A DNA stretch of 64,000 bases from Escherichia coli (GCF_024223415.1 NZ_CP100503.1); one strand, 5' to 3'. Shown: positions 43,795 to 54,644, numbered from the stretch's first letter. The notes: generated by a model not told the origin, from the sequence alone. Made by a program: numbers and translations.

Positions 43795-44595
43795 ATGCAA
43801 CAAACATTCAATGCGGATATGAATATATCAAACCTTCATCAAAATGTCGATCCTTCAACCACTCTGCCTGTTATTTGTGGTGTTGAAATTACGACCGACC
43901 GCGCTGGCCGTTACAACCTTAATGCTCTACACAGAGCGAGCGGACTCGGTGCCCATAAAGCGCCAGCTCAATGGCTAAGAACGCTGTCAGCCAAACAGCT
44001 CATCGAAGAGCTGGAAAAAGAAACTATGCAGAATTGCATAGTTTCGTTCGAAGGCCGTGGCGGCGGCACTTTTGCCCATGAATTGCTCGCTGTGGAGTAC
44101 GCAGGCTGGATTTCTCCCGCGTTTCGGCTGAAGGTAAACCAGACATTTATCGACTATCGAACCGGAAGATTACAACCTGCTATTCCGCAGAGTCTCCCTG
44201 AAGCTCTCCGTTTGGCTGCCGACCTGGCAGAGCAAAAGCAACGGCTGGAGCAAAAAATGCTTATGGATGCACCTAAAGTCGAATTCGCTGAACGCGTTGC
44301 TACCGCCAGCGGGGTTCTAATCGGCAACTATGCCAAAGTGCTCGGCCTGGGCCAAAACTATCTCTTCACCTGGTTGCGTGATAACGGAATTCTGATCGCA
44401 ACCGGTGAACGCAGGAACGTCCCCAAACAAGAATACATATCTCGTGGGTATTTCACCCTTAAAGAAACCGTGATCGATACAAGCAATGGAAGCAGGATTT
44501 CTTTCACGACTCGTATAACCGGCAAAGGTCAGCAGTGGCTGATGAAGCGATTGCTTGATGCTGGTGTGCTGGTACCTGTCGCGGCAACGCGCTAA
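43795..44595 (+). CDS. kilA: KilA (KilA-N domain plus KilA-C domain)
   Basis: 266 aa, size and position as in P1; C-terminal domain homologous to Ant C-termini. Confidence 0.75.
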   Translation: MQQTFNADMNISNLHQNVDPSTTLPVICGVEITTDRAGRYNLNALHRASGLGAHKAPAQWLRTLSAKQLIEELEKETMQNCIVSFEGRGGGTFAHELLAVEYAGWISPAFRLKVNQTFIDYRTGRLQPAIPQSLPEALRLAADLAEQKQRLEQKMLMDAPKVEFAERVATASGVLIGNYAKVLGLGQNYLFTWLRDNGILIATGERRNVPKQEYISRGYFTLKETVIDTSNGSRISFTTRITGKGQQWLMKRLLDAGVLVPVAATR

Positions 44596-44624
44596 CAGAC
44601 GTAGTAAGAACCACCAGCATTGTA

Positions 44625-45470
44625 ATGCTGGCTAAAGTCACTTTCCTGAGCTGTATAACGATGAGCGATTTTACTTTTTCTGGCTATGAATTGGCCTGCT
44701 TTGTAACACACTCCGGTCTATCCCGTAGCGCCGGGCATATCCTGTCGCAATGTGCAAATCTCGCGGCAACAACCAGTGAATACTTCATTCACAAGCCTCA
44801 CCGCCTGATCGCGGCAGAAACTGGTTATAGCCAATCAACCGTCGTTCGTGCATTCCGTGAAGCTGTAAACAAAGGAATTCTGTCTGTAGAGATTGTTATC
44901 GGCGATCACCGTGAACGTCGCGCTAACCTGTACCGGTTTACACCATCCTTTTTGGCCTTCGCACAACAAGCCAAAAATGCGCTGATTGAAAGCAAATTAA
45001 AGATCTCTTCAGCGGCAACCAAGGTTAAAGCTGTTCTCGCTAAGACATTGGCTTTATTTAATTTTTTATCCACACCCCCATGTCAAAATGATACCCCCTC
45101 CCCCTGTCAGGATGACGTGGCAATAAAGAATAAGAAGTCAGAAATTAAAAAAACAAAAAGATCAGTTTCCGGCGGTGCCGGAACGACCAGCCTCAAAAAA
45201 CTGACTTCATGGATCGCCGAGGCAAAAGCAAAGGCTGACAATCTGCGGTTATCCAAAAAACGCGCTCAAAAACATGAGTTCAAGCAGAAAGTAGAGGCGG
45301 CAGCGCGGAAATATGCTTACCTGAAGGACAAGCGTTCTCCTGATATTGGCGGGATATCAAACTTCGATAATCTGCCGCATTGCATGACAGTAAACGAAGC
45401 TCTTAATGCGGTATTAGCCAAAAATAAAGATAACGAACAATGGGGTATACCGGCAGGATTCAGAGGGTGA
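44625..45470 (+). CDS. repL: Lytic replication initiator RepL
   Basis: 281 aa ORF directly after kilA; size and position as P1 RepL. Confidence 0.7.
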   Translation: MLAKVTFLSCITMSDFTFSGYELACFVTHSGLSRSAGHILSQCANLAATTSEYFIHKPHRLIAAETGYSQSTVVRAFREAVNKGILSVEIVIGDHRERRANLYRFTPSFLAFAQQAKNALIESKLKISSAATKVKAVLAKTLALFNFLSTPPCQNDTPSPCQDDVAIKNKKSEIKKTKRSVSGGAGTTSLKKLTSWIAEAKAKADNLRLSKKRAQKHEFKQKVEAAARKYAYLKDKRSPDIGGISNFDNLPHCMTVNEALNAVLAKNKDNEQWGIPAGFRG

Positions 45471-45473
45471 TAG

Positions 45474-45490
45474 ATTGCTCTAATCTGGAG
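45474..45490 (+). promoter_or_regulatory. C1 operator at the repL stop
   Basis: ATTGCTCTAATCTGGAG. Confidence 0.5.
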
Positions 45491-45520
45491 TCACCTGGCG
45501 TTTTCAGTTTGAGGTCGGAG

Positions 45521-45766
45521 ATGCAATCTGATTTTTTACAGTTAGCGATCGCTTTTGCAGGATATGTTTGTATTGGCTTCTGTGTATACATGATCAGCCG
45601 AAGAATGCTTGTCGATATCGACCGCAAAGAACGAACAGAGGAGATCTTAGTATGGATTTTCTTTGGCGCGGTCTGGCCATTAGGGATCATGTTTGCTGCA
45701 ACATTTCTTCTGATGTGGATATTCACCCTTCCTGGTGATTTCTATAGAAAAAAAGCCAGACATTGA
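45521..45766 (+). CDS. Small membrane protein (two predicted TM helices)
   Basis: 81 aa from ATG at 45521 with GAGGTCGGAG RBS; the ORF track starts it upstream at 45440. Confidence 0.4.
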   Translation: MQSDFLQLAIAFAGYVCIGFCVYMISRRMLVDIDRKERTEEILVWIFFGAVWPLGIMFAATFLLMWIFTLPGDFYRKKARH

Positions 45767-45948
45767 TACAATCGTTACGGGTGCTTGAGGCTATCTGCTT
45801 CAGGCATTACCCGAAAAGCAGATAGAAGAAAGCCCCAGATAACATTACGCGTCCTGCAAGACGCTTAACATTAATCTGAGGCCATCTCTATGCTTAGCAT
45901 ACGTAGATTAACCCTCTCCCCTTTTAAGGAGCAAGGAATTTTTTACTG

Positions 45949-46581
45949 CTATGCCGCATTTCCAATTATGGATTCAGCGACCAGAACAACCCCATGCTTA
46001 CTTCGATCTGGGTGTTCACTCCATATCTCGGATTCAGGAATACTTACCCCGTCATAGCAAACACGTTCGCCGTCAAACGGGTAATACTGAGCGGCATCGG
46101 TGTCAAGGATAAACACTTTTAGCTCGGAAGAGCGACGGGCGATGTGTTGCCAAAGAGCTTTTCCACCTTCGTATTGCTCATTATCACTGAGCAAAACAAC
46201 ACCAGCTTTTGAGGCTACGGTTTCGTAAACAAAAGTAGCTAAACCGACATCCCGGACGGTTCCATCAACCACGATACCTTCAATCTGGGCAACATCGCTA
46301 TCCTCCCAGAACTTCCTTACCAGTACGCCTTCAAGCTGCGGGCGACGTTGAAGTTCAAGAGTAGCGACAACCTTATGGCGCATATCACCATCGATAATAG
46401 AAGGCGCAGCCTCTATTACAGCTGCAAATGGGGTTTTGGAATCCCATATAACCTGGTAAAGCACACCCTGGATGGTAACTCCGTCCAGGATCGAAAATCG
46501 ACGAGCGACAGTACCCGGGGAGTACGACATTGGAATCACAGCCATTTTAGAGTCCCCCTTTAACAGTACAGGCACAAACAT
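45949..46581 (-). CDS. Hypothetical protein
   Basis: 210 aa ORF. Confidence 0.4.
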   Translation of the reverse strand: MFVPVLLKGDSKMAVIPMSYSPGTVARRFSILDGVTIQGVLYQVIWDSKTPFAAVIEAAPSIIDGDMRHKVVATLELQRRPQLEGVLVRKFWEDSDVAQIEGIVVDGTVRDVGLATFVYETVASKAGVVLLSDNEQYEGGKALWQHIARRSSELKVFILDTDAAQYYPFDGERVCYDGVSIPESEIWSEHPDRSKHGVVLVAESIIGNAA

Positions 46582-46673
46582 CTACCTCAATAATTGTAGT
46601 TTATTAGAACATTAATAATCTAACATAAAACTCCAGACAATGTTATCGATGCATGTTTATATAAAATAGTTAT

Positions 46674-46697
46674 AAAAAAAGCTCCCGAAGGAGCTTT
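46674..46697 (-). terminator. Rho-independent terminator
   Basis: On minus strand hairpin AGCTCC-TTCG-GGAGCT followed by T7. Confidence 0.6.
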
Positions 46698-46716
46698 AAA
46701 ATACAAGGGATGACTC

Positions 46717-47226
46717 TTAATCCCACTCAATCCAGTTGTAGACGATACGAAGTGACGGGCGCACAGCGGCAGTCACATCTTCGGTACTAAAGTCGATTGC
46801 ATCACTGTAGATTTTGCAGTCCAACATTTCAATTGTTGTAGCAGCTTTTGTCACAGCGTTAACCCCGGAAGATTTGGATTCAGGGGTCGCAGCCATCGTG
46901 ATATCAACATAGTCCTTCGCCGCAATGCGATCCTTGATGAACTGAAGAATATCGCCTTCGATAGTCTCCACGCACTGGACCTGGATTTCCCCAGAGTTTC
47001 GAATTGGTCCGTGCTGGTTGAACTTCACACCATTCGGACCATAGTCCTCCACATCCTCGCGGGTCATTTCAGGAATTTGCGACGTGCGAACCAGTACGCT
47101 GATATCTTCATGGCCTGCAAAAGTGAGCTGGAATTCAGAAGATACCAGTCGTTCGCCTTTGGCCGCGTTGGCAGTATAGCGGCCCTTAATAAATTTACGG
47201 TTTCCCTTAGTGTTATTGTGCCCCAT
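46717..47226 (-). CDS. Hypothetical phage structural protein (tail tube-sized)
   Basis: 169 aa; last gene of operon starting near parS. Confidence 0.35.
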   Translation of the reverse strand: MGHNNTKGNRKFIKGRYTANAAKGERLVSSEFQLTFAGHEDISVLVRTSQIPEMTREDVEDYGPNGVKFNQHGPIRNSGEIQVQCVETIEGDILQFIKDRIAAKDYVDITMAATPESKSSGVNAVTKAATTIEMLDCKIYSDAIDFSTEDVTAAVRPSLRIVYNWIEWD

Positions 47227-47237
47227 ATAAAATCCTT

Positions 47238-47819
47238 TTACTGGAACGCCCGAACAATATCGGAGCTGTTATATATCGAAGAACCGGTCAACTGGAGGTT
47301 GACGGTGTTTTTCAGGAAATGCCCATTGCTGTCCCTGGGCGCATCGAGATCGAAACTTATGTCCTGGATAGCGACATCAATGATGTTGATCCGGCGACCA
47401 ATGTTTAGCGTCACACGCTCCGGGATTCGACCACCAATACTGGCATCTTTGAGTTCCGGGCTAATCATCGCTGACAATGCGGCGATAGCTCCTGAAACCT
47501 CCGTGAATGGGTCAAACAAAGCGATGAAAGTTACTGGCAGCGTGAAAGTCGGCGGTGTTCCCCCTTCCCAAACCATTAAGCTGTTCCAACGAGCAACAGA
47601 CGTTGTTTCAGTACCAACCTGCGCAAAACCACTGAAGGCACCAGCAACAGAACCCATGGACATACCAGTAAAAGGTGCTTCCCAATTCTGGGCCATGTTC
47701 ATTGCCGCCCCCTGGCTGATATATCCGGTAACCTGGTACTGAGAGTTCGTTAAAGTAACTTTCAGAAATGGCGATACACCGTCAGCCTGGCTGTAAACCC
47801 CATAAGGTATAGGTGCCAT
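47238..47819 (-). CDS. Hypothetical phage structural protein
   Basis: 193 aa. Confidence 0.35.
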   Translation of the reverse strand: MAPIPYGVYSQADGVSPFLKVTLTNSQYQVTGYISQGAAMNMAQNWEAPFTGMSMGSVAGAFSGFAQVGTETTSVARWNSLMVWEGGTPPTFTLPVTFIALFDPFTEVSGAIAALSAMISPELKDASIGGRIPERVTLNIGRRINIIDVAIQDISFDLDAPRDSNGHFLKNTVNLQLTGSSIYNSSDIVRAFQ

Positions 47820-47854
47820 TCAAGTTAAAGGCCGGAGTTCTCCGGCCTCCTCCT

Positions 47855-48670
47855 TTAGCCGAGGCGCTTACGGCGCAGTTTCATTGACTTTTTGCGGGCC
47901 AGTTTTGCCGCGCCGGTCTGGGCTTTACGACGCGCTTTTTTCAGCGCCGATTTTTGAGCCGCAGTCAGACGTTTTTTACGCAGGCGTTTACGGATGAGTT
48001 TGATCTCACCGTTACGAACAACCTTCTTAAATGCTTCAGTCAGCATTTCATCAGAAGTGCCAGCAACAACAAACGCCGCTTCCAGTTCGTCACGGTCGTC
48101 GCTATCTAAACCAGCGATAGAGGCACCAACATCAGCAGCTGCGTCGTCGTCTTCATCGTCAGCCAGTGCTTCGATCAGGTCATCATCTACACCGCATGCT
48201 GCGAGGAAGTCAGCAACATTTGCCCATGCTTCGTTATAGGCATCGTCCTGTTCTTCTGTAACTTCGGAGTCGTCGTCATCAGAGATACCAGCGATAGCCT
48301 GAACGAAACCATCAAGGGAGTCGAAAGTCAGATCACCGCTATCAGCCCAGGCGAAAACGGCGTCGGCCGCATCACTCAACGCATTCTGCATAGCACTTCG
48401 ATTTGCAGCTTCCAGAATCATCTGGTGCGCCTGTTCGACGGTCCATTCTTTACCGTCTTTCCCTTCCAGGATTTGCTCAGGAGCCGGGGCAGATGGAACG
48501 TTATCGTTAGTCTGTGCCGCCGGTTCCGGATTATTATTAATAACCGGATCTGTTGGCGGTTCGGCGCTTGCTCGGGCAGACTCCATCAGCTGCACAGGAT
48601 CAGAGTTCAAAGCGAAACGGGACAGTCCATTCCCCAAAAATGCCCCGGATTGAAAAAAGTTTTTGCTCAT
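47855..48670 (-). CDS. Hypothetical protein with acidic centre and basic K/R-rich C-terminus
   Basis: 271 aa. Confidence 0.35.
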   Translation of the reverse strand: MSKNFFQSGAFLGNGLSRFALNSDPVQLMESARASAEPPTDPVINNNPEPAAQTNDNVPSAPAPEQILEGKDGKEWTVEQAHQMILEAANRSAMQNALSDAADAVFAWADSGDLTFDSLDGFVQAIAGISDDDDSEVTEEQDDAYNEAWANVADFLAACGVDDDLIEALADDEDDDAAADVGASIAGLDSDDRDELEAAFVVAGTSDEMLTEAFKKVVRNGEIKLIRKRLRKKRLTAAQKSALKKARRKAQTGAAKLARKKSMKLRRKRLG

Positions 48671-48679
48671 TGTATTCCC

Positions 48680-50269
48680 TTACTTAATAAGCAGCGGTAC
48701 GCCCTGGATACGACGGGCTACGCCAGTCGGGCAGCAGGCCCAGACTACTTCCCATTTATCGAATTCCGCCTGCGTAACTTTCAGCACATACGGTTCTGTA
48801 CCGTCAGCATCGGGATCACGAGGAGCCACCAGAGCGCCGGAGGCGACAAAGCGATCTAAAAGTTTGGTCATCCCTTTAGTCAGGCCAGCCGCAGTAATAC
48901 CGTCCGGGCTATGCTTCATCTGTCGGGCTAACTGGACAAAGAAACGGCTGATTGCATTCATCAGGGATGGGACGTGCTGGAAGTGCAGATAGTTATCCTG
49001 CGTGCAGCAAGTTAAAGCATCGTCGATGATCATCTGGCCAGAGGTGCCAACAGATACTTTATTGAGACGGCCCTTGACCATTGCTTCTTCGTCCGGGGTA
49101 TCTTCCGGATACAGCGGTTGAATTGACGCACGAGCAATGACGGCACGTTCTTCACCAGCCGGTGAGTAATGCCAACCGCCGACATCAGAGTTTTTCTTGA
49201 CGCCATGAGCTTTCGCCGCATACGCCACGCCAGACAGACCAAAGACCACACGGGATTGGGTCCATTTGTCTTTGCAGGAGAACGGATAGTGATAGAAAGA
49301 ACAGCTTACATAATCGGTACCAAGTAAACCGGTATCTTCAACAGCAGACAGCGCTTCCGTATACGTCAATGTCGGTTTGACATCAAAGAAGCCATCAATC
49401 AGGCGATCAGAACAGATATTACCTAACGCGGTGATAGCCGCATTGTCATAGCAGCCCAGGCCAAGAACAGCGGTGTACATGTACGGCGCATTGTTCAGCA
49501 CTTTCACCGCACGCAGGTACGCAGCGGTTGAGATTTTCGACTGATCACCGTTGGTACCACCAGTGAACGCCAACGATTTTTTGTTTGTTACTTTCGCTGT
49601 AGAAATCAGATCTTCATTAACAACCGCGCGCAGATATTTAGAACGGGCTTCCAGAGCCGTAGGCAGATAACACAAGCGGCCCATATCATCTTTCGCTTCT
49701 TCCGCCAAAGACACAGTGTGTGTCTCCAGGGTCGTTACCACGCCGAGCGAAGTCGTCTGGGTCAGTTTCAGGAGGAAGCGTTCATTACCTGCGCTGTCCG
49801 CTGTTGCCATTTCGATGGTTAACTCACGGGTAGGTGAAATACACGGATCACCATCATCAACGTAGATAGCAAAGGCTTCGCCGCTATCAAGTTCAATTTC
49901 AGAACCGTATGGCAACGCACTGTAAGCCGGTTCGCCTGATTCATCGAACATAATAACCGGGAACTTCGCATCATCCGGAACAGCACGGACAACATAACCA
50001 GACGTTTGCTGAATAGCTTCGTATACATGGCGAATTGGTTCGAACTGTGAGCCGGAAGACGGCTTCAGCGGTTCGCCGAGAACATCTTCGTAATTGGACT
50101 CAGTAACCGCAAGAACAGTAAACGGCTTGCCACGCGCAAATACGCCAATACCAGCCCACAAGCTGCTATTTAATGCAACACCGGTAGATAACATCGCATC
50201 GGTATTGATCGGGCTAACCGCGACGCCGGATGCATTACCTAATGACTGTTGAATTGAATATTGAGACAT
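48680..50269 (-). CDS. Putative tail sheath protein
   Basis: 529 aa; size and position (between major structural gene and smaller tail genes); assignment tentative. Confidence 0.4.
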   Translation of the reverse strand: MSQYSIQQSLGNASGVAVSPINTDAMLSTGVALNSSLWAGIGVFARGKPFTVLAVTESNYEDVLGEPLKPSSGSQFEPIRHVYEAIQQTSGYVVRAVPDDAKFPVIMFDESGEPAYSALPYGSEIELDSGEAFAIYVDDGDPCISPTRELTIEMATADSAGNERFLLKLTQTTSLGVVTTLETHTVSLAEEAKDDMGRLCYLPTALEARSKYLRAVVNEDLISTAKVTNKKSLAFTGGTNGDQSKISTAAYLRAVKVLNNAPYMYTAVLGLGCYDNAAITALGNICSDRLIDGFFDVKPTLTYTEALSAVEDTGLLGTDYVSCSFYHYPFSCKDKWTQSRVVFGLSGVAYAAKAHGVKKNSDVGGWHYSPAGEERAVIARASIQPLYPEDTPDEEAMVKGRLNKVSVGTSGQMIIDDALTCCTQDNYLHFQHVPSLMNAISRFFVQLARQMKHSPDGITAAGLTKGMTKLLDRFVASGALVAPRDPDADGTEPYVLKVTQAEFDKWEVVWACCPTGVARRIQGVPLLIK

Positions 50270-50329
50270 AACTTTCCCTGTTATGCGCCCCGCACGGGGG
50301 CGCTATGTTAAACGGAGAACTTCCCCTGA

Positions 50330-52057
50330 TTACTCAGAGTCACCGGCATCAATCGTGTCGCCGCTTATGAAGTTAAGCCCGCCTTTTTTGGCCATTGTCA
50401 GCGTTACACGAGTGAAGTAATCAGCGCCGTTGCGTGGGTGCATATCGTTGATAGCCGAACCCCACAGCGTGGTACGGTTGACCAGCGCCGGAGTGGTCGG
50501 ATGCTGGAACGGGATGGCCGGGACAGCATCACCAGTCACGAAGCCTGCTTTACCCGGATTTTCATCACGGACGTAGCACAGCACATCCATCGAGCTGAAC
50601 TGAATGTTCTCTGTCGTTAAGTTCTTACAAATACCAGCAGGTACTTCGTACACTTTCACGTTACCGAACAGGGTACCGATGTAGTGAACATACGGAGTCT
50701 GGATATAGTCTTCGGCTGGCTGGAAGAAATCCTTCGGCAACTGTTTGAAGAAAGATGCTGCATCAGCACCAGCAAACATCCCCATCGCACCAGAAGATTT
50801 AACGCGCTCAATAATGTCGCGATATACAGTCTGGAATTTGCCACGAATGATGGTTGCCCATACATCAAAGGACTGGTTAACCGGCAGAGCGATGTCAAAG
50901 GTGTCGTTCGCAAGAGTACGCCAGATCATGATGCGAAGACGCAGCATATCCTGTTCATGAGACAGGTATTCCTTCAGGGTGCGGAACTGTAGGGAACCCA
51001 GGTCCAGACCAAATTCACGCTGTGCTTCATACGCCGCCTGTACCGTGTGCTCAGCCGCGATAACGAACTGGCTTGGGAACAGGGTGTATTTCTTCATTTC
51101 GTGGTTGATCAGCGGGATCAGCTCAGGAGCGGCTTCAATATTGATTTCCGTCTCAATTGCGATCTCAGTGCCTTTATCCGGCGCTTTGGAGAACGACAGG
51201 GCAATCTGACCAATGTTGTAGTTCAGAGAGCAGGTAACAGTGATTTGCTCACCAGCAGCATTAGTAAACGAGTGAAGTAGGCTGCCGGAACCGTTATCAA
51301 CAACAGACTTAATACGGTTAACGTAGATATTAGTGCGACCTTTTCGGATTGGTACATTCTGGCCTTCGAAGTCTTCCATCTTGAAGGTTGCGGTTTTGCT
51401 GGTGCCATCGGAGCTTGCCACCAGCACATAGCGGCGGCGTAACTGGCTGTACACACCGACGGATTGCATGTCCAGAACATCACCAGCAGCATAAGAACCA
51501 AAAGAGGAACCTGCCACGTTAAAGACTTCATAGATGTCGGACTGGTCACGCGTAACCGGAATGAAGGTACACGCATCAGCGGTAGCTGCCCCCAACTGAA
51601 CAGGCAGGATCATCGCGAGGAATAAAGGCAGACGCATAACACCGTCAGAAACGCTCATCATCTCTGCTGCGACGGATTCCAGCATCGCTTTATTAGTGGC
51701 ATCCATGCTATTGCGGGTAGACTCAATCAGGCAGTTTTCCAGCGTCTGGTGGCAGGAGGCCAGAATTTCCGGACGCGGCATAGATTTATGTGCTGCGGCG
51801 TAGTCAGCCAGTGCACTTGCCCACGCTGTAGCGATTTGAGCGGTGGCATTATCAGAGATACCCGCAAAAACCGGGTCTTTACGTGCAGCTTCAAGGATAG
51901 ATGCGGCACGCGCGGCATCATCTTTAATGAATTGGTTATCAGTACCGAACTGCGCAGTGCTTGCCCAGCCAAGCACAGCTTTAGAGCGTTTTGCGATATC
52001 TGCAATACGATTCTGGTATTCGCGTAAGTTACTCAATTTACTCTTCCTTAAACACAA
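50330..52057 (-). CDS. Putative major head/structural protein (gene adjacent to parS, P1 gene 23 position)
   Basis: 575 aa ORF starting next to parS; assignment by position only. Confidence 0.4.
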   Translation of the reverse strand: MCLRKSKLSNLREYQNRIADIAKRSKAVLGWASTAQFGTDNQFIKDDAARAASILEAARKDPVFAGISDNATAQIATAWASALADYAAAHKSMPRPEILASCHQTLENCLIESTRNSMDATNKAMLESVAAEMMSVSDGVMRLPLFLAMILPVQLGAATADACTFIPVTRDQSDIYEVFNVAGSSFGSYAAGDVLDMQSVGVYSQLRRRYVLVASSDGTSKTATFKMEDFEGQNVPIRKGRTNIYVNRIKSVVDNGSGSLLHSFTNAAGEQITVTCSLNYNIGQIALSFSKAPDKGTEIAIETEINIEAAPELIPLINHEMKKYTLFPSQFVIAAEHTVQAAYEAQREFGLDLGSLQFRTLKEYLSHEQDMLRLRIMIWRTLANDTFDIALPVNQSFDVWATIIRGKFQTVYRDIIERVKSSGAMGMFAGADAASFFKQLPKDFFQPAEDYIQTPYVHYIGTLFGNVKVYEVPAGICKNLTTENIQFSSMDVLCYVRDENPGKAGFVTGDAVPAIPFQHPTTPALVNRTTLWGSAINDMHPRNGADYFTRVTLTMAKKGGLNFISGDTIDAGDSE

Positions 52058-52169
52058 GGCACTTGTGTGAATCCCTTTTCGGAAGAGATTTTATTGAAAG
52101 TCACTTGTTGACTTTCTCGTGACAAGCAATTTTTTTATTTTTTTCGGGAGTAGGGGAGGAAGGTAAAAT

Positions 52170-52261
52170 CCAAGGTGAAATCGTGGCGATTTCACCTTGA
52201 AATTTTAGATGGATTTACTTTAAAAACAGTAGGTTAATAGTGAAATTTGAATGGCGAAAGT
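52170..52261 (-). other. parS: parS partition site
   Basis: GTGAAAT-CGTGGCGA-ATTTCAC (box A heptamers and box B hexamer TCGCCA) at 52174-52196, A/T-rich IHF-like centre, second GTGAAAT...TGGCGA at 52240-52258; immediately downstream of parB stop. Confidence 0.75.
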
Positions 52262-53263
52262 TTAAGGCTTCGGCTTTTTATCGAGGCTCTTTCTAAGGAT
52301 ATGCCCAATCATCCTGTCGAGTTCTTCCTGTAGCTCTTTTGAAAGTCGATTAAACTCATAAGAAAATGCACGGCCTTTCACGCGCTTCCTTGCAAAGCGA
52401 TCCTTGTCCTCAAATTTCCATAATTCAGTAACTACGGACTTATCTTTAGAACCTTTATCCGTGAGTAGTGAGGCTTCCTTTGTTATCAAGCGCAGGATTT
52501 TATTTTTAACTTCATCTTCGGCCATTTCTTCAATGGATAAGATGTCGTTTATTTCCGGGGATATGTTTTGAATAAGCTGATCAAACTCTAAATTCTTGTT
52601 CCCCATTTCGTCGCCAACAGCACAAAGCGTTTTGTAGTCCGAAAAGGTTAATTCCGACTGCACAGGGAAAAGGGCGACTAATTCTTCCGGAGCACTCGCT
52701 GCCTGGAGAGCACGCGTGACCTTCGCCTGAGACAGCCCTTCTTTGGCTGCAATATCCTTCTGACTCATCCCATCATTTTTCATTCGCATCAAACGCAGAC
52801 CTATTTCTCGAATGCTGTGCTGCAATGCTGTCTGAACGTCTTTCGCTAAATTTTGCGCTTCCTGAACGCTGATCTCCTGGTCCGTGACTAAAACCCGCAA
52901 CCCTACGTTCTCTAAGATGGCAGAAGCTCGACGCCGGGAACCATCCAAAATTTCAATTTTCCCTGTAGCCTGTCTAACACCTATTGCAGGGTAAAATTGC
53001 TGATGCTTAATAGTGCTTCGGATACTTTTTAATGATTTTGGCGTAAGAGATGCCTGGTCACGCCCGTTGTTATGCTGATCAACAAAGGTATCGCTTTCTA
53101 CCTGGTTCGGAGGTATTACCTCTTCAATAAATGTGGCCTGGCGACCAGTTGATAACTTGAATACCTGCTCGACTCGATCGCCAGAGGCTGAAGAACTATC
53201 AAATCCGCTTAATATTGAAGGATTAAGGGTTCGCCCAATTGTTGGTCTGTTTTTCTTTGACAT
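52262..53263 (-). CDS. parB: Partition protein ParB
   Basis: 333 aa; size and position as P1 ParB. Confidence 0.9.
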   Translation of the reverse strand: MSKKNRPTIGRTLNPSILSGFDSSSASGDRVEQVFKLSTGRQATFIEEVIPPNQVESDTFVDQHNNGRDQASLTPKSLKSIRSTIKHQQFYPAIGVRQATGKIEILDGSRRRASAILENVGLRVLVTDQEISVQEAQNLAKDVQTALQHSIREIGLRLMRMKNDGMSQKDIAAKEGLSQAKVTRALQAASAPEELVALFPVQSELTFSDYKTLCAVGDEMGNKNLEFDQLIQNISPEINDILSIEEMAEDEVKNKILRLITKEASLLTDKGSKDKSVVTELWKFEDKDRFARKRVKGRAFSYEFNRLSKELQEELDRMIGHILRKSLDKKPKP

Positions 53264-53279
53264 GGGGGTTTCTTACTCC

Positions 53280-54476
53280 TCAGTTAGATCTGATAAATTC
53301 AATACGGTCAAAAACTGCTTTAGCAAAATCTTCCGCAGCAATTCGCGCGTTCTTCAATGCATCAGCACTACCAACATACGTTGCCGGGTTAGCTGAAATA
53401 ACAGTGTCAAAAGACTCGCCGCAGCGTTCAAAACCGTCAAGGCGAGGGAGGACGACATCAAGCATATCCCCACCGAACACTTCTTTAGCCAGGCTATGGC
53501 AATACTTATGGTCTGCCTTGTTACTCAACTTGGACATAAAACCAATGTTAGTCGCAAGCTGGCACTCGCAGCCTTCATCCGAAATGAGTTTCACCAACTC
53601 AGGAAGGCGAGCAACATATTTAAGCGATGAGTGGAAATCAACCGTTGCAGGCGGCAGAGGTGTAAACAGTATATTGGCCGAGGCCAAAGCATTTTTCAGG
53701 AAGGCGTCAAGGTGAGGACCACTATCAACGAGGATAAAGTCATAATCGCTCTTCAGCTTATCAATCACATTTTCTTTCAGGACTGCATGGATGTTCTGAC
53801 CCGGTAGATGCTCATTGCACAGCTCTCTCCAATCGGATGCAATAAAGGCATCGTCAATCGACGCAGGCATAACGTCAACCCCAGGTACAACAGAAGGAAC
53901 AATAAACTCCTCTAACAGCTCTTCACGGCTTACATTCTGCAACATAGCCTGTGCAGATGTTGCGTTTACGATACCAATAGAGTGTTTATGGCTTAAAAAC
54001 ATCGTTGCTGAAGATTGCGGATCAAGGTCAATAACCAGAATCCTTAAATCTTCCATCAGAAGATGAGGGTGAGCACGCATTGCATGCGCCAGAGAAACCG
54101 TCGATACAGTTTTTGACACACCGCCTTTAAGATTGGAGATGAAAATCACATACGCTTCGCTGTAGCGATCCCGGTATTTTGGCACTCCGCGATGTTCATA
54201 TATGTCAATGATGTTCTGAATTGACATCGCATATTTCATTGAAGAGCCAGCAGGGCGTTTATCGAAAACATAACCCTTTTCTTCCATTTCACTTACGGCA
54301 TAGTCAACGTTCGCTCGAGTCAGTAGAGGCAATTTTGCCAGTGCCGCTTTCGCATAGACTTGGTAAAACTCGTTCGCGTGTAGCTCATCCTTTTGCAACT
54401 GTACTTGTTCAGTCAGAACATTGAGCATTCTGTTTGCTCTTTGAGCAACCTTGTGAAGCTGGCTGGAATCACTCAT
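53280..54476 (-). CDS. parA: Partition ATPase ParA (type Ia, with N-terminal HTH)
   Basis: 398 aa; deviant Walker A KGGVSKT. Confidence 0.9.
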   Translation of the reverse strand: MSDSSQLHKVAQRANRMLNVLTEQVQLQKDELHANEFYQVYAKAALAKLPLLTRANVDYAVSEMEEKGYVFDKRPAGSSMKYAMSIQNIIDIYEHRGVPKYRDRYSEAYVIFISNLKGGVSKTVSTVSLAHAMRAHPHLLMEDLRILVIDLDPQSSATMFLSHKHSIGIVNATSAQAMLQNVSREELLEEFIVPSVVPGVDVMPASIDDAFIASDWRELCNEHLPGQNIHAVLKENVIDKLKSDYDFILVDSGPHLDAFLKNALASANILFTPLPPATVDFHSSLKYVARLPELVKLISDEGCECQLATNIGFMSKLSNKADHKYCHSLAKEVFGGDMLDVVLPRLDGFERCGESFDTVISANPATYVGSADALKNARIAAEDFAKAVFDRIEFIRSN

Positions 54477-54644
54477 CGAAAGTCATCCTTTATGCTGTAT
54501 TTTTGAATTTACTTAAAAATGCTGCATAAAATAATAATGTATGCACAGATGCTTGTACATAGCATTCTCTGCATGTTTGGTTCATTTTGCACGATTGAGA
54601 GTTACAAGGAGGACACAAAAAAGCCCCGTTCAGGGGCATCAGTG

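Noticed and set aside
46597-46613. Operator-like sequence AGTTTATTAGAACATT
   Set aside because: Several mismatches to the C1 operator consensus at conserved positions; kept out of the operator list.
52058-52170. Inverted repeat AAGTCACTTGTTGACTT upstream of the gene next to parS, and TGACTTTC motifs upstream of pacA, considered as Lpa-dependent late promoter elements
   Set aside because: I could not recall the P1 late-promoter consensus well enough to support the call; left unannotated.
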